Below, in pieces: positions 29,831 through 40,776 of a stretch of DNA of 64,000 nt. Under the pieces are notes generated by a model. That model was given only the letters and a program-made list of their open reading frames with translations. It did not search any database and had not been told where the DNA came from. Location: assembly GCA_045542035.1 (NCBI GenBank), contig JAZQKG010000037.1, forward strand, positions 66-64,065, given 5' to 3'. Both the position numbers and the translations under genes were made by a program. The stretch comes from Eubacteriales bacterium (GTDB lineage Bacteria; Bacillota; Clostridia; Oscillospirales; CAG-272). How positions within the stretch are numbered: position 1 is the first letter of the stretch; the number at the start of each line of letters is the position of its first letter.

Positions 29831-30949
29831 TTACTTATTTTTAAAAAATTGATACAGCTTGCATTCAATCATTCCGTTATAGAGCTTCCTTATTTTATCC
29901 GCGCGCTTACCGTACAGCTTTTCAAAATACGGATGCGAGGTTATTACGTAAACCTGCCAGGGAGCAAGCGAGCGAAAATGCACACCCATTCCCCGATAAA
30001 GCTCCTCAACGTCACGCTCGGTGCCCATACGCTCTCCGTACGGAGGATTCGTCACGATAGTTCCCCGCCTTCCGGGCGCTGAAATTTTTCTGCAGTCGCA
30101 CTGAAATACTCGTATTATATCGTCTACTCCCGCGGCTTTCGCGTTCCTCTCTGTCAGAGATACGCAGGGTGAGCTTATATCCGACGCAAACACCTCGAAT
30201 TTCGTCGGATGCTCCGCGTCACGCGCCTCCTCGCGAGCGGCTTTCCATATATTTTTATTTACGAAAGGAAACGCCTCTGCGGCAAAAGAACGTGACACGC
30301 CCGGGGCAATACCCTTCATTTTCATAGCCGCCTCAATAGCTATCGTGCCGCTTCCGCACATAGGGTCCCAGAAGAGAACCTCCTCCCTTGGGCGGGATGT
30401 TGCCGCGATAGCGGCGGCAAGAGTTTCCCTTATCGGAGCTTGGTTTGATTCCTTGCGGTAACCCCTCTTGTGAAGAGGAATACCCGACGTGTCAATCATC
30501 AGCGTCGCTTCGTCATTCAGAATAAAAAATTCAATCTGATACTTTACTCCGCTCTCCGTGAAAAGCTTTATACCGTATTTCTCTGACATTTTGGAGACCA
30601 CAGCCTTTTTGATTATAGACTGACAGTCGGGAATTGAGAAAAGCTTTGACCTTATCGAATGTCCTTTTACGGGGAAAGCGTCATCCCTGCCTATGAAATC
30701 ACTCCAAGGGAGAGCTTTCGTTCCTTCAAAAAGCTCGTCAAAGCTTTCCGCCTTGAAAGAGCCTATCTTAATATACACTCTTTCCGCATATCTTAAGAAA
30801 ATATTAGATAAAGCAACCGCCTCAGGATCACCGATAAACGTTACTCTTCCGTCAATAGTTGAAACCCTCTCGTATCCGAGCGCGTCTATTTCCTCTCCGA
30901 GAAGATGCTCAAGTCCGAAAAGGCAGGTTGCCACAAGCTGAAATTTCAT
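29831..30949 (-). CDS. THUMP-domain class I SAM-dependent RNA methyltransferase
   Basis: DPMCGSGTI SAM motif and IVTNPPYGERMG motif, with an N-terminal THUMP-like region. Confidence 0.85.
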   Translation of the reverse strand: MKFQLVATCLFGLEHLLGEEIDALGYERVSTIDGRVTFIGDPEAVALSNIFLRYAERVYIKIGSFKAESFDELFEGTKALPWSDFIGRDDAFPVKGHSIRSKLFSIPDCQSIIKKAVVSKMSEKYGIKLFTESGVKYQIEFFILNDEATLMIDTSGIPLHKRGYRKESNQAPIRETLAAAIAATSRPREEVLFWDPMCGSGTIAIEAAMKMKGIAPGVSRSFAAEAFPFVNKNIWKAAREEARDAEHPTKFEVFASDISSPCVSLTERNAKAAGVDDIIRVFQCDCRKISAPGRRGTIVTNPPYGERMGTERDVEELYRGMGVHFRSLAPWQVYVITSHPYFEKLYGKRADKIRKLYNGMIECKLYQFFKNK

Positions 30950-30958
30950 ATTTATTAC

Positions 30959-31786
30959 CTACTCAGGAATATAATTTTCAAAAATAATACTGTCGAATCC
31001 GTTTTTATACGCTAACGCTTCTTCATCACGGCTTCTGACCGTCCAGGCAAAAGTAGCCGCGCCAAACAGCGCCCGTGTCAATTTTAACGCGCGGTTCTTA
31101 TAATGCGCGTGATTGAAGGCAATAAAATCGGGACGGCAGACAACGTTGAGAAGCAGATTTTGTAAAAGAAAGTAGAGGGGCTTTTTGTATTTCTTTTCAC
31201 TTAGGAAATTCTGAGACAGAAATCCGCGCATAACGTTTGGCATTTCTTTTTTGATTACCGATAGCGCGAGCGGATTAAACGACTCTATAAGGTATTCCCC
31301 CTTATATTCCCGTAAAAGCTCAACGGTCTTTTTTGTTACTCCGTATTTTCCCGCGTCCTCTTTTATTTCAATAAGCAACGGAACCCTGCCGTCAACAAGA
31401 GAAAGAACCTCTTTGAACGCAGGTATTCCGTCATCCGTTCCGCAAAGCTTGATTTCCGAAAGCTCCTTTGCGGTTTTTGAGTCGACTCTGCCCTCTTCCT
31501 TCGTTACTCGCGAGAGCTCGTCATCGTGAAACACGACGAGCTCACCGTCAGCCGAGAGACGCACGTCAAGCTCAATTCCAAAACCCGCATCCACAGCCGC
31601 GCGAAAGGCGGAAATTGAGTTTTCCGCCCTCCCAGAGCCGTGAAGCCCTCTGTGCGCGTATTTTGTTTTTAAGAAGCCCTCCATCTTTTCTCTTTTCCCG
31701 TTTGGCTTTATGAGAAACAGGAAAACGAGGAAACTTAAAAGAAGAAATGATAGGGTTAATATTAATGCTATGAGAAAAATCTTCAT
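30959..31786 (-). CDS. Membrane-anchored glycerophosphodiester phosphodiesterase
   Basis: N-terminal TM segment, then HRGL ... ENS ... IELDVRL GDPD signature. Confidence 0.85.
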   Translation of the reverse strand: MKIFLIALILTLSFLLLSFLVFLFLIKPNGKREKMEGFLKTKYAHRGLHGSGRAENSISAFRAAVDAGFGIELDVRLSADGELVVFHDDELSRVTKEEGRVDSKTAKELSEIKLCGTDDGIPAFKEVLSLVDGRVPLLIEIKEDAGKYGVTKKTVELLREYKGEYLIESFNPLALSVIKKEMPNVMRGFLSQNFLSEKKYKKPLYFLLQNLLLNVVCRPDFIAFNHAHYKNRALKLTRALFGAATFAWTVRSRDEEALAYKNGFDSIIFENYIPE

Positions 31787-31789
31787 TTA

Positions 31790-33205
31790 TTAATCTCCGT
31801 CAACGTCAAGGCTTTCGAGAATGCCCCGTCTTTCCGCTGCCGAGTCACCGTGCTTAACAAAGAACATAGTAACGAACGAGAGCGCTACAAACACCGTTCC
31901 GAACGCAAAAAACATAGCTCTCATCGTGAATAAGTCGTAAAGAAATCCCGAAAGAATCGGAGCTACAATCTGCGCCGCCATCGAAGCCGTGTAATAATAT
32001 CCGGTGTATTTTCCAACGTCACCGCCCTTGGCAAGCTCAACGACCATTGGGAAGGAGTTCACGTTTATCGTAGCCCAACCGATTCCCGCAAGTATGAATA
32101 TCGGGAACATAATAAATTCGGGTGAGTCGGAATTTATAAAGTTTCCGGCAAGGAAGGCTGAGGACAGTATGATAATACCCGCGAGAATAGTTTTTCTTCT
32201 TCCGAACTTTGATGAAATTATTCCAACCGGAATATATGATATTATTGCCGCTACCTGAGCTATTATAAGAGTAAAATTAAAGTCGAATTTCAGAATATTT
32301 TCAGCATATACCGAGTACTTGCTCGTTATCGAATTATATCCTATATACCAAAGAGCGACAGAGGCAAGAATAAGAAGAAGCGATTTGAGCTCAGCTTTTC
32401 CGAGCGAACGCTTTTCGGTATTGCCATTATCATCTTTAGGAAGGACAAGAAGTCCGTATTTTTCGCTATCGGCCTCCATTTCTTCCGCCCATCTCTTTTC
32501 TTTAACGGTCAGAAGGAAGACGGTTAGCCCAAGAAGCATAATTGCAGAAACCGCCAACACGTATCCCGTATATTTCATATATTTATTGCCTGACGTGCCG
32601 AAAATCATACCGAGAACAAGAACGGATATTCCTCCGGCAGTTCCCATAAGATTAATTATCGCGTTACCCTTTGAGCGAAGCGGCCTTACAGTTACGTCGG
32701 GCATAAGCGCGACCGCAGGGGAACGAAATGTAGCCATGGCTACGAGAACCACGAGAAGCGTTCCGATAAAGGCGATAAGCGGCCATGGATTTCTGAGCGT
32801 CAGCTCAAGCGTTTTCTCAAGCACAATAGCTTCAAGCGCTTCCTCGGTTATATTAACTGCGGGAGAGTAATCAACAATTCCCTCGGCGAAAAGTCTCGCA
32901 ATCTGATAATTATCAACAACCGTCAACACTATAAAAGCGGCAACAGCGGCCAAAGACCCAAAGAAAATGAAAGGTGTTCTTTTTCCGTATTTCGTATTTG
33001 TCTTATCCGAAATTGCTCCAAACAACGGAAGCAAAAATACGGCAAGGACGTTATCAATGGACATAACCGCGCCTGACGCCGTCTGCGGCAAGCCGAAATG
33101 GTTAGTCAAAATTAGAGGTATTATAGCGTCGTACGCCTGCCAAAAGGCGCTGATGAGAAAAAATGCGAATCCCACCAATATAGTTTTTCTGTAATTTAAT
33201 TTCAT
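31790..33205 (-). CDS. MFS-type transporter
   Basis: 471 aa with about 12 hydrophobic segments and a GKRTPF-type loop after TM2. Confidence 0.75.
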   Translation of the reverse strand: MKLNYRKTILVGFAFFLISAFWQAYDAIIPLILTNHFGLPQTASGAVMSIDNVLAVFLLPLFGAISDKTNTKYGKRTPFIFFGSLAAVAAFIVLTVVDNYQIARLFAEGIVDYSPAVNITEEALEAIVLEKTLELTLRNPWPLIAFIGTLLVVLVAMATFRSPAVALMPDVTVRPLRSKGNAIINLMGTAGGISVLVLGMIFGTSGNKYMKYTGYVLAVSAIMLLGLTVFLLTVKEKRWAEEMEADSEKYGLLVLPKDDNGNTEKRSLGKAELKSLLLILASVALWYIGYNSITSKYSVYAENILKFDFNFTLIIAQVAAIISYIPVGIISSKFGRRKTILAGIIILSSAFLAGNFINSDSPEFIMFPIFILAGIGWATINVNSFPMVVELAKGGDVGKYTGYYYTASMAAQIVAPILSGFLYDLFTMRAMFFAFGTVFVALSFVTMFFVKHGDSAAERRGILESLDVDGD

Positions 33206-33304
33206 AAATACTCCGTTCCCTGCAAATGCGGTGTTAATATACTAATTTTATCATATAAGTATGTTTTTGTCAATCGTATAAAATATATAATATAAATATC
33301 GCGG

Positions 33305-33333
33305 TTGACAATTTGCGCTGTTAGTAGTATAAT
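33305..33333 (+). promoter_or_regulatory. Sigma-A type promoter upstream of ribF
   Basis: TTGACA (33305-33310), a 17-nt spacer, then TATAAT (33328-33333). Confidence 0.6.
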
Positions 33334-33367
33334 TATATCATTATCTTAAAGAAGGGAGCGATAATTA

Positions 33368-34303
33368 TTGACAATATACGAATATAAACCGGGTCAGCAG
33401 ATTGATATTAAAGACTCAGCTATCGCTCTCGGATTTTTTGACGGTATTCATATGGCGCACAGAAGGCTGCTTGAGCGAACGCGGGAGATTGCGAAAAAAG
33501 AAAATCTCGTCTTTGCCGTTTTCACCTTCCCGTCGGAAGATAATTTCAAAGGTGAGGAAATAATATACTCAACCGAGCAAAAATTATCGATCCTCGAGAA
33601 GATGGGAGTCGAAGCCGTAATCTTAGCAAATTTCAAATCAGTATCCGAAATTTCGGCGCAAAATTTTGTAAACAACGCCCTTTTCTGTGATATGCACTGC
33701 CGCGCCGCCGTTGCGGGATACGATTTCAGATTCGGCAAAGGCGCAAAGGGAAACGCGAAACTGCTCTCCTCTCTTCTTTCATTACTCGGCGCAAAATGCT
33801 TTATTGAAGACGAGATGAAAATTGATGGCGAAAAAATATCGACCACGAGGATAAAAGCCCTTCTAAAAGAAGGCAGGGTGGAAGAAGCAAAAAGATTTCT
33901 TGGCGCGCCTTTTTTTATAAAATCAAGGGTAAAGCACGGTCTCGGACTCGGGCGAAAGCTTGGATTTCCCACGGTTAACACCGAATTTAAAGGTGGCGTA
34001 ACACCTCTTAAGCAAGGTGTCTACAGGACCGCTGTTGAAATATCCGGCAGGCTTTATTCATCTATCACGAACGTAGGAACGTGCCCAACGTTTGAAGAAA
34101 GAACAGTACACTCTGAAACCTTTATTATAGACTTTTCTGAGGCAATTTACGAAGAAGAAATTCGCATTTTTTTCCTCGGCTTTTTAAGAGAAGAAAAGAA
34201 GTTTAACAGCCAAGAAGAGCTGATTATGCAAATAAATGTTGACAAAACCAAGGCAATTAATGAAAATGGAGATTTAAAATGGCAGGAAATTGGACTAAAT
34301 TAA
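33368..34303 (+). CDS. ribF: Bifunctional riboflavin kinase / FMN adenylyltransferase
   Basis: ALGFFDGIHMAHRRL N-terminal nucleotidyltransferase motif and C-terminal GFPTVN riboflavin kinase motif. TTG start. Confidence 0.9.
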   Translation: MTIYEYKPGQQIDIKDSAIALGFFDGIHMAHRRLLERTREIAKKENLVFAVFTFPSEDNFKGEEIIYSTEQKLSILEKMGVEAVILANFKSVSEISAQNFVNNALFCDMHCRAAVAGYDFRFGKGAKGNAKLLSSLLSLLGAKCFIEDEMKIDGEKISTTRIKALLKEGRVEEAKRFLGAPFFIKSRVKHGLGLGRKLGFPTVNTEFKGGVTPLKQGVYRTAVEISGRLYSSITNVGTCPTFEERTVHSETFIIDFSEAIYEEEIRIFFLGFLREEKKFNSQEELIMQINVDKTKAINENGDLKWQEIGLN

Positions 34304-35208
34304 CAGCTACGGGAAACGTCAAGGATACAGACAACATTGTTGCTGTTATGAGTATGCTTGATAACGGACTTATGATTGAGGATTACAGCGATTTCTCACT
34401 AAACGGAATGTACGGCGACCTCGTTGACGACAGCATATTAAACGCAGACAAAACGACGGTTAAGGTCTCCCTTTTTGTTCCCGAAGAAAAGAACCTTTCC
34501 GAATATACTTCTTTCTTAAAACAGCGTTTTTCCTTGCTTGGAATCGACGCTGAGCTTACCGCTGACGGAATGAACGAGGAGGACTGGTCTGAAAGCTGGA
34601 AAAAATATTACAAGCCGATTCCGCTCGGAAAAGTAACCATAGTTCCCGCCTGGGAAGAATACGAAGCGAAAGAAGGCGAGGTTATAATAAAAATGGATCC
34701 CGGAATGGCATTCGGCACGGGAACGCACGAAACGACGAGACTCGTTATGAAAATTATGCAGGATGAAATTTGCGGCGGCGAAAGATTTCTCGACGTCGGA
34801 ACCGGCTCGGGCATATTATCTATATGCGCGTCGAAGCTTGGCGCTAAAACCTGCAACGCCTATGATATTGATCCCGTCGCAGTTAAAATAGCAAAGGAAA
34901 ATGCAGAAGCTGACGGATGTTCAAACGTTACCGTCGGAGTTTCCGACCTGCTTTGCGGAGTCGACCTCTCAAATGGCAAGTACGATTTCTGCGTAGCAAA
35001 CATCGTTGCGGATATTATTATACGAATGCTTCCCGAAATTGATGAATATCTTAAAGAGGAAGCGCCTTTAATTCTTTCTGGAATTATTTCAATGCGCGCC
35101 GACGAAGTAAGAGAAGCTATCAAGAAAAACGGATTTGAAATAGTGCGCGAAGAAAAAGAAAACGATTGGCTTGCCATTATGGTAAAAAAACAAGTGAAAG
35201 AGAAATAA
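34279..35208 (+). CDS. prmA: Ribosomal protein L11 methyltransferase
   Basis: IKMDPGMAFGTGTHETT and LDVGTGSGIL motifs. Confidence 0.9.
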   Translation: MAGNWTKLTATGNVKDTDNIVAVMSMLDNGLMIEDYSDFSLNGMYGDLVDDSILNADKTTVKVSLFVPEEKNLSEYTSFLKQRFSLLGIDAELTADGMNEEDWSESWKKYYKPIPLGKVTIVPAWEEYEAKEGEVIIKMDPGMAFGTGTHETTRLVMKIMQDEICGGERFLDVGTGSGILSICASKLGAKTCNAYDIDPVAVKIAKENAEADGCSNVTVGVSDLLCGVDLSNGKYDFCVANIVADIIIRMLPEIDEYLKEEAPLILSGIISMRADEVREAIKKNGFEIVREEKENDWLAIMVKKQVKEK

Positions 35209-35209
35209 T

Positions 35210-35944
35210 ATGCCAAGATTTTTTGTTCCGTCCGAGAATTTTGACTCGGACAAGGTTAAGATAACGGGTGACGACGCCTTTCATATTGCAAGAGCGCTCA
35301 GAATGGCGGTCGGAGACGAAATAACCGTTGCAGATATGCAAGGAAACGAGCACCGCTGCCGTCTCGAAAAAATCAGAGACGATGAGGTTGACTGTATGAT
35401 ACTCGAAACGAAAGCCGGAAAAACCGAATCCCCCTTAGAGATAACCTTGTATATGGGATATCCCAAGGGAGATAAACTTGAAACTGTAATTCAAAAAGCG
35501 GTTGAGCTTGGCGCTTCAAGAATAGTTCCCTTCGAATCCTCGAGATGCGTAAAGCGTCCGCGCGCCGATAAGGCGGAAAAGCAAGGCGCAAGATTATCCC
35601 GAATCGCCAAGGAAGCAGCCAAGCAGTGCGGAAGAACAAAGTTGCCTCAGGTTTTGCCTACGATAAGCTTTAAAGAGGCGTTAACTCTTGCCGTCAAGGA
35701 TAATGTTTCCCTCTTCTGCTACGAGGGAGACGGTACAGAGTCTCTAAAAAGCGTTCTCACGTCAAAAGAGATTCCGGACAGTCTTTCCGTTATAGTTGGC
35801 TGCGAGGGTGGATTTAGCATCGACGAAGCTAATTTAGCTAAAGAGACGGGGCTGAAGCTTGTCAATCTCGGACCAAGAATTTTAAGATGCGAAACCGCTC
35901 CGATATACGTTCTTTCTGCAATTTCTTATTGCTACGAACTGTAA
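35210..35944 (+). CDS. rsmE: 16S rRNA (uracil1498-N3)-methyltransferase
   Basis: MPRFFV N-terminus, C-terminal GPRILRCETA SPOUT motif, and position after prmA. Confidence 0.88.
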   Translation: MPRFFVPSENFDSDKVKITGDDAFHIARALRMAVGDEITVADMQGNEHRCRLEKIRDDEVDCMILETKAGKTESPLEITLYMGYPKGDKLETVIQKAVELGASRIVPFESSRCVKRPRADKAEKQGARLSRIAKEAAKQCGRTKLPQVLPTISFKEALTLAVKDNVSLFCYEGDGTESLKSVLTSKEIPDSLSVIVGCEGGFSIDEANLAKETGLKLVNLGPRILRCETAPIYVLSAISYCYEL

Positions 35945-36119
35945 TTTATATTATTTAACATACTAAAAAGTCAAAAATACACAAATAAATGCGTGTTTTT
36001 TTGTGTATTTAGCGATTATTTTTTAAAAAACTATTGAAAAATATCAAAAAATAGGTTAAAATATAGTACAGTATCACCAAAACCCCCTCTCTAAAACAAA
36101 AATTGATAGGAGTTTTTAT

Positions 36120-37202
36120 ATGTCCAATCGCTTATTCCAAAACATCATTCAGCAGATGAAGGATGTTATAGGACGAACAATAGGAGTTATAGACGAAAAC
36201 GGTATCATAATAGCATCAAGTGAACTTGGTAAAATAGGAGAATCGAGGCAGAGAGTGAGAGAAGAGCTTGCGTACTCTTCCAACTTTATTGTTTTCGAAG
36301 GATATACCTACCGCTTCATAAACGCCGCCAGCAGAAATGACTGCATTGCTTTTGTTGAAGGCGACGACTCACATGCAAGCAGAATGTCCGAAATATTATC
36401 TATCTCTCTTGGAAACATCAAAAGTCTTTACGACGAGAAATACGACAAGGTATCATTTATTAAGAATATAATACTTGATAACATTCTCCCAAGCGACATA
36501 TACATAAAATCAAACGAGCTTCATTTCAGCGAAGAGCTCCGCGCAGTTATAGTTATTAAATTCCAAAGCTCATCAGCCCTTCCCCCATACGAAATAGTTC
36601 AGGGGCTTATAACCGACAAAACCAAGGATTACGTAATAGGTATAAGCGAACAGGATATCGTTATAGTTAAGGAAGTCACAGCGTCAACGACGGCGGAGGA
36701 CCTTGAAGCCTACGCCCGCGACGTTATGAGAAGAGCGGGCAAAGAGCACTCGGTCAAGCTTCTTATCGGTATTTCATCGGTAGTTGCGAATCTTAAAGAC
36801 CTTGCTCGCGCCTATAAAGAAGCTCGAATTTCTCTTGAGGTAGGAAAGGTTTTTGATATTGAAAAGCCGATAATGTGCTACGAAAACCTTGGAATCGGAA
36901 GACTCATTTATCAGCTTCCTATCACTCTTTGTGAAATATTTCTGGGAGAGGTCTTCAAGCAGGGCGCTCTCGAAACCCTTGACAGAGAGACGCTTATGAC
37001 AGTTCAGTGCTTCTTTGAAAACAATCTTAACGTTTCGGAAACCTCGCGCAAGCTATTTGTTCACAGAAACACCCTCGTATACCGCCTCGAAAAGATAAGA
37101 AAGCTTACCGGTCTTGACCTTCGTGAATTTGACCACGCTGTAACGTTTAAGGTTGCGCTTATGGTTAAGAAATATCTCACGAGCAAGCCTACAAAATTCT
37201 AA
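36120..37202 (+). CDS. PucR/CdaR-family transcriptional regulator
   Basis: C-terminal PucR-type HTH (NLNVSETSRKLFVHRNTLVYRLEKIRKLTGLD). Confidence 0.8.
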   Translation: MSNRLFQNIIQQMKDVIGRTIGVIDENGIIIASSELGKIGESRQRVREELAYSSNFIVFEGYTYRFINAASRNDCIAFVEGDDSHASRMSEILSISLGNIKSLYDEKYDKVSFIKNIILDNILPSDIYIKSNELHFSEELRAVIVIKFQSSSALPPYEIVQGLITDKTKDYVIGISEQDIVIVKEVTASTTAEDLEAYARDVMRRAGKEHSVKLLIGISSVVANLKDLARAYKEARISLEVGKVFDIEKPIMCYENLGIGRLIYQLPITLCEIFLGEVFKQGALETLDRETLMTVQCFFENNLNVSETSRKLFVHRNTLVYRLEKIRKLTGLDLREFDHAVTFKVALMVKKYLTSKPTKF

Positions 37203-37337
37203 TCTGAACTCGACATTATAAGACAGTTTCGGTTAATGCTATATGTTATAATTTAACTAAAATTTTACGGCTCTGCCGTGCTGAATTATGCCCTGCCGAT
37301 CTTTCAGCAGGGTAATCTATTGCTAAAAAGGAGAGTT

Positions 37338-38612
37338 ATGGAAACGAACAAGCAAAGAAAACGAACGCACTTGAAGCTGTTGGCTGCCGCCTCTTTGATT
37401 TTTATTCTTGCTCTTGCCCTGACCTCATGCAGCTCACCCCCGTCGAATTTTATAACAAGCTATCTTGACGATTACGGAGTCCCGGATTTTGTAGAATCAA
37501 AAATGAAGGGAATCGAAGTCGTATACCGGGATTACTACGTTGAAGATTTGCCGGAAACTAAAAAGCTTGCAGAGGACACAGCCGCTCTTTATTTTGAGCA
37601 TTTTCACGAAAAAATAGATACAACCGATAAAGAAGCCGTTACAGACGCTCTTATATACTGTTATATTGAAATAATCGGAGACGATTACTCGGTATACAGA
37701 AACGCAAACGAGCACGAGGAATACGATACCGATATGAGCGGTTCATTTTACGGCATCGGAGTCGTCGTCACATACAGCTATATTGACCTGACAATCACCG
37801 TAAGCGAAGTTTATTTGGGAAGCGGCGCGGAGGCTGCCGGAATTAAGCCGGGCGATATAATAAAAAAGGTTAACGGGATGTCTGTAGACGAGATTGGTTA
37901 TGACAAGGCCGTCAACGAAATTCGCGGTGAACTCGATACCCGTGTCAATATTACGGTGGAAAGAGACGGCTCTGAAATCTCATTTGAAGTTACAAGAAAA
38001 AAGGTCGTCGAGCAATCGGTATCCTACTCAATCAACGAAAACAAAATCGGATATATTAAAATCACCTCATTCAAATCGAACACCTTCGGTCAATTTAAGG
38101 AAGCTATTAAATATATGGAGGATATGGGCGCTGTCGGAATAATTTACGACCTTCGCTCAAATCCCGGAGGATACCTCTCCTCCGTAGTTGACGTTCTTTC
38201 ATACATCGCGCCAAAGAACACAACTATAGTTTCATTTACGCACAATTACGCGAAAGCGCAAAAGGATAACAATTCCCACTCACTCTCGCTTCCCTCGGTT
38301 GTTATATGCAACGAGGCAACTGCTTCCGCGGGAGAGCTTTTTACCGCAGCGATGAGAGATTTTGATGAGACGCTTAATCTTTTTGAAGTAACAACAGTAG
38401 GTCAGAAGACCTACGGCAAGGGCGTTATGCAAAACACCTACGCCTTTACCGATGATTCCGCAATTACTCTTACCGTAGCGTATTACAATCCGCCGTGCGG
38501 CACAAATTACGACGGTGTAGGTATAACACCCGACGTTCAGATTGCAGAATCCGAGTACGGCGACGCTCAGCTTGACGCGGCGTATAACGAAATATTCAAG
38601 TTAATAAATTAA
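37338..38612 (+). CDS. S41 family C-terminal processing peptidase lipoprotein
   Basis: Lipobox LALTSC, PDZ segment (GSGAEAAGIKPGDIIKKVNG), LRSNPGG and ASAGE motifs. The start is set at METNKQRKR. Confidence 0.85.
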   Translation: METNKQRKRTHLKLLAAASLIFILALALTSCSSPPSNFITSYLDDYGVPDFVESKMKGIEVVYRDYYVEDLPETKKLAEDTAALYFEHFHEKIDTTDKEAVTDALIYCYIEIIGDDYSVYRNANEHEEYDTDMSGSFYGIGVVVTYSYIDLTITVSEVYLGSGAEAAGIKPGDIIKKVNGMSVDEIGYDKAVNEIRGELDTRVNITVERDGSEISFEVTRKKVVEQSVSYSINENKIGYIKITSFKSNTFGQFKEAIKYMEDMGAVGIIYDLRSNPGGYLSSVVDVLSYIAPKNTTIVSFTHNYAKAQKDNNSHSLSLPSVVICNEATASAGELFTAAMRDFDETLNLFEVTTVGQKTYGKGVMQNTYAFTDDSAITLTVAYYNPPCGTNYDGVGITPDVQIAESEYGDAQLDAAYNEIFKLIN

Positions 38613-38631
38613 TATTAGGAGATATATAGAA

Positions 38632-39111
38632 ATGTCAGAAATAAAAACATACACCCCTCAAGGCTTTAAAGCTCTTCAGGACGAACTCGACTATCTCGAA
38701 ACCGTACGTGTTGAAGAAAACAAAAAAGAGATTTCAACAGCTCGCTCATTCGGCGACCTTTCCGAGAACAGCGAATACGATGAAGCAAAGGCTGAGCAGG
38801 GAAAAATTCACGCCCGTATCGCAGAGCTTCGCGAGATGATAGCGAACGCAAAAGTAATTGACGAATCTCAGATTGACGAATCAAAGGTAAGTGTTGGATC
38901 TATAGTTACCGTTTTCAACAAAACACGCAATATGGAAACCACCTATCATATAGTAGGCTCGTATGAAACCGACCCCAAAAGCGGAAAGATTTCCGACTCA
39001 TCACCGATAGGAATCGCTCTTCTCGGAGCAAAAGAGGGCGATGAAGTTACGGTTACCGGAATAAGAGAACAGATTCTTACTGTAAAAAGCGTTTCAAGAG
39101 CAAAAGATTAA
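38632..39111 (+). CDS. greA: Transcription elongation factor GreA
   Basis: 159 aa. ARSFGDLSENSEYDEAK is the GreA coiled-coil signature. Confidence 0.93.
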   Translation: MSEIKTYTPQGFKALQDELDYLETVRVEENKKEISTARSFGDLSENSEYDEAKAEQGKIHARIAELREMIANAKVIDESQIDESKVSVGSIVTVFNKTRNMETTYHIVGSYETDPKSGKISDSSPIGIALLGAKEGDEVTVTGIREQILTVKSVSRAKD

Positions 39112-39128
39112 ACAAGAAAGGACTCGCT

Positions 39129-40646
39129 ATGGCAAACAACGACAGCACACAGAACAACCAGAACCAAACGAGCGAGCTTGTCGTCAGACGTGAAAAACTC
39201 GCCGCTTTAATTGAATCGGGAAACAATCCGTTCGAACTTACAAAATACGACGTTACTCATTCAAGCGTAAACGCTATCAACGAATACACGGAAAAAGAAG
39301 CTGAATACACCGAAGGCGGAAAAGAGCTTTCCGTCAGAATAGCCGGCAGAATGACCAGCCGCAGAATAATGGGAAAGGCTTCATTCGCTCACCTTCTTGA
39401 CGGAGAAGGCAAAATACAGCTTTACGTATCCCGTGATGACCTTGGAGACGAAAATTACGCAGCTTTCAAAAAATGGGATATCGGAGACATCATAGGCGTT
39501 GAAGGAATTCTTTTCCGCACCCGTACGGGTGAAATTTCCATACACGTAAAAAGCGCTACCCTTCTTTCAAAATCGCTTCTCCCTCTTCCCGAAAAGTTCC
39601 ACGGCCTCACAAATCTCGAACAGAGATACAGGCAGAGATACGTTGACCTTATCGCAAATCCCGAAGTAAAGGACACGTTCATTAAACGTTCTAAAATTCT
39701 TCGCCTGATAAGAGACTATCTTGACTCAAAGGGATTCCTAGAAGTTGACACGCCTATACTCGTTCCCCTTGAAATAGGCGCTTCCGCCCGTCCCTTTATT
39801 ACACATCACAACACTCTCGATATGGATATGTATCTTCGTATTGAGACCGAGCTTTACCTCAAGAGACTTATCGTCGGCGGTATGAACAAGGTCTACGAGG
39901 TAGGAAGAATATTCAGAAACGAAGGAATGGACCAGAAGCATAATCCCGAATTTACGTCTATTGAGCTTTATCAGGCGTATACCGATTACTACGGAATGAT
40001 GGATCTCGTCGAAGAGCTTTACAAAATGCTTGCGAAAGAGGTTTGCGGTTCAACCAAGATAACCTATCAGGGCATAGAGATTGACCTTGGAAAATGGGAG
40101 CGTCTCACCATGGTAGAAGCCGTTAAGAAGTATTCCGGCGTTGATTATAACGATTGGAAAACCGACGAGGACGCAAGAGAGGCAGCAAAGACTCATCACG
40201 TTGAGATTCCCGAAAACGCTACACGGGGTACTGTTCTTGTTGAATTCTTTGACGCATTCGTTGAGGACAAGCTCATACAGCCCACCTTTATTTACGACTA
40301 TCCCGTAGAAAACAGCCCGCTTGCGAAAAAGAAACCCGAAAATCCCCTCTTCACGGAAAGATTCGAGTATTTCATCAACTGCACCGAGTACGGTAACGCA
40401 TTCTCCGAGCTTAACGACCCAATCGACCAGAAGGAAAGATTCGAGCGTCAGGTTGAAGCGAAGCGCAAGGAAGAACCTAACTGCAAGGCAGAGGTTGATT
40501 ACGATTATGTCACCGCGCTTGAATACGGAATGCCCCCTACAGGCGGCCTCGGATTCGGTGTTGACAGACTTGTCATGCTTCTTACAGATTCTGCGTCAAT
40601 CAGAGACGTACTTCTCTTCCCCACGATGAAGCCTTTGGATGAATAA
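39129..40646 (+). CDS. lysS: Lysine--tRNA ligase (class II)
   Basis: 505 aa with class II motifs (FRNEGMDQKHNPEFT, GGLGFGVDRLVMLL) and an OB-fold N-terminal domain. Confidence 0.95.
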   Translation: MANNDSTQNNQNQTSELVVRREKLAALIESGNNPFELTKYDVTHSSVNAINEYTEKEAEYTEGGKELSVRIAGRMTSRRIMGKASFAHLLDGEGKIQLYVSRDDLGDENYAAFKKWDIGDIIGVEGILFRTRTGEISIHVKSATLLSKSLLPLPEKFHGLTNLEQRYRQRYVDLIANPEVKDTFIKRSKILRLIRDYLDSKGFLEVDTPILVPLEIGASARPFITHHNTLDMDMYLRIETELYLKRLIVGGMNKVYEVGRIFRNEGMDQKHNPEFTSIELYQAYTDYYGMMDLVEELYKMLAKEVCGSTKITYQGIEIDLGKWERLTMVEAVKKYSGVDYNDWKTDEDAREAAKTHHVEIPENATRGTVLVEFFDAFVEDKLIQPTFIYDYPVENSPLAKKKPENPLFTERFEYFINCTEYGNAFSELNDPIDQKERFERQVEAKRKEEPNCKAEVDYDYVTALEYGMPPTGGLGFGVDRLVMLLTDSASIRDVLLFPTMKPLDE

Positions 40647-40667
40647 ACCCAGTGTTTATGCAGTTAT

Positions 40668-40720
40668 CACAGCATATTGTATGGGCAACATTTTATTTTC
40701 AACCGTACAATATGTCTGTG
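40668..40720 (+). terminator. Long imperfect hairpin downstream of lysS
   Basis: cacagcatattgtatgg ... ccgtacaatatgtctgtg, about 17 bp with one bulge and one wobble. The T-run is weak. Confidence 0.4.
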
Positions 40721-40776
40721 TTCGAATTTAAAAAGTAAGATTTAGAAACAGAGGAGATACGGAATAGTGCCTTTTA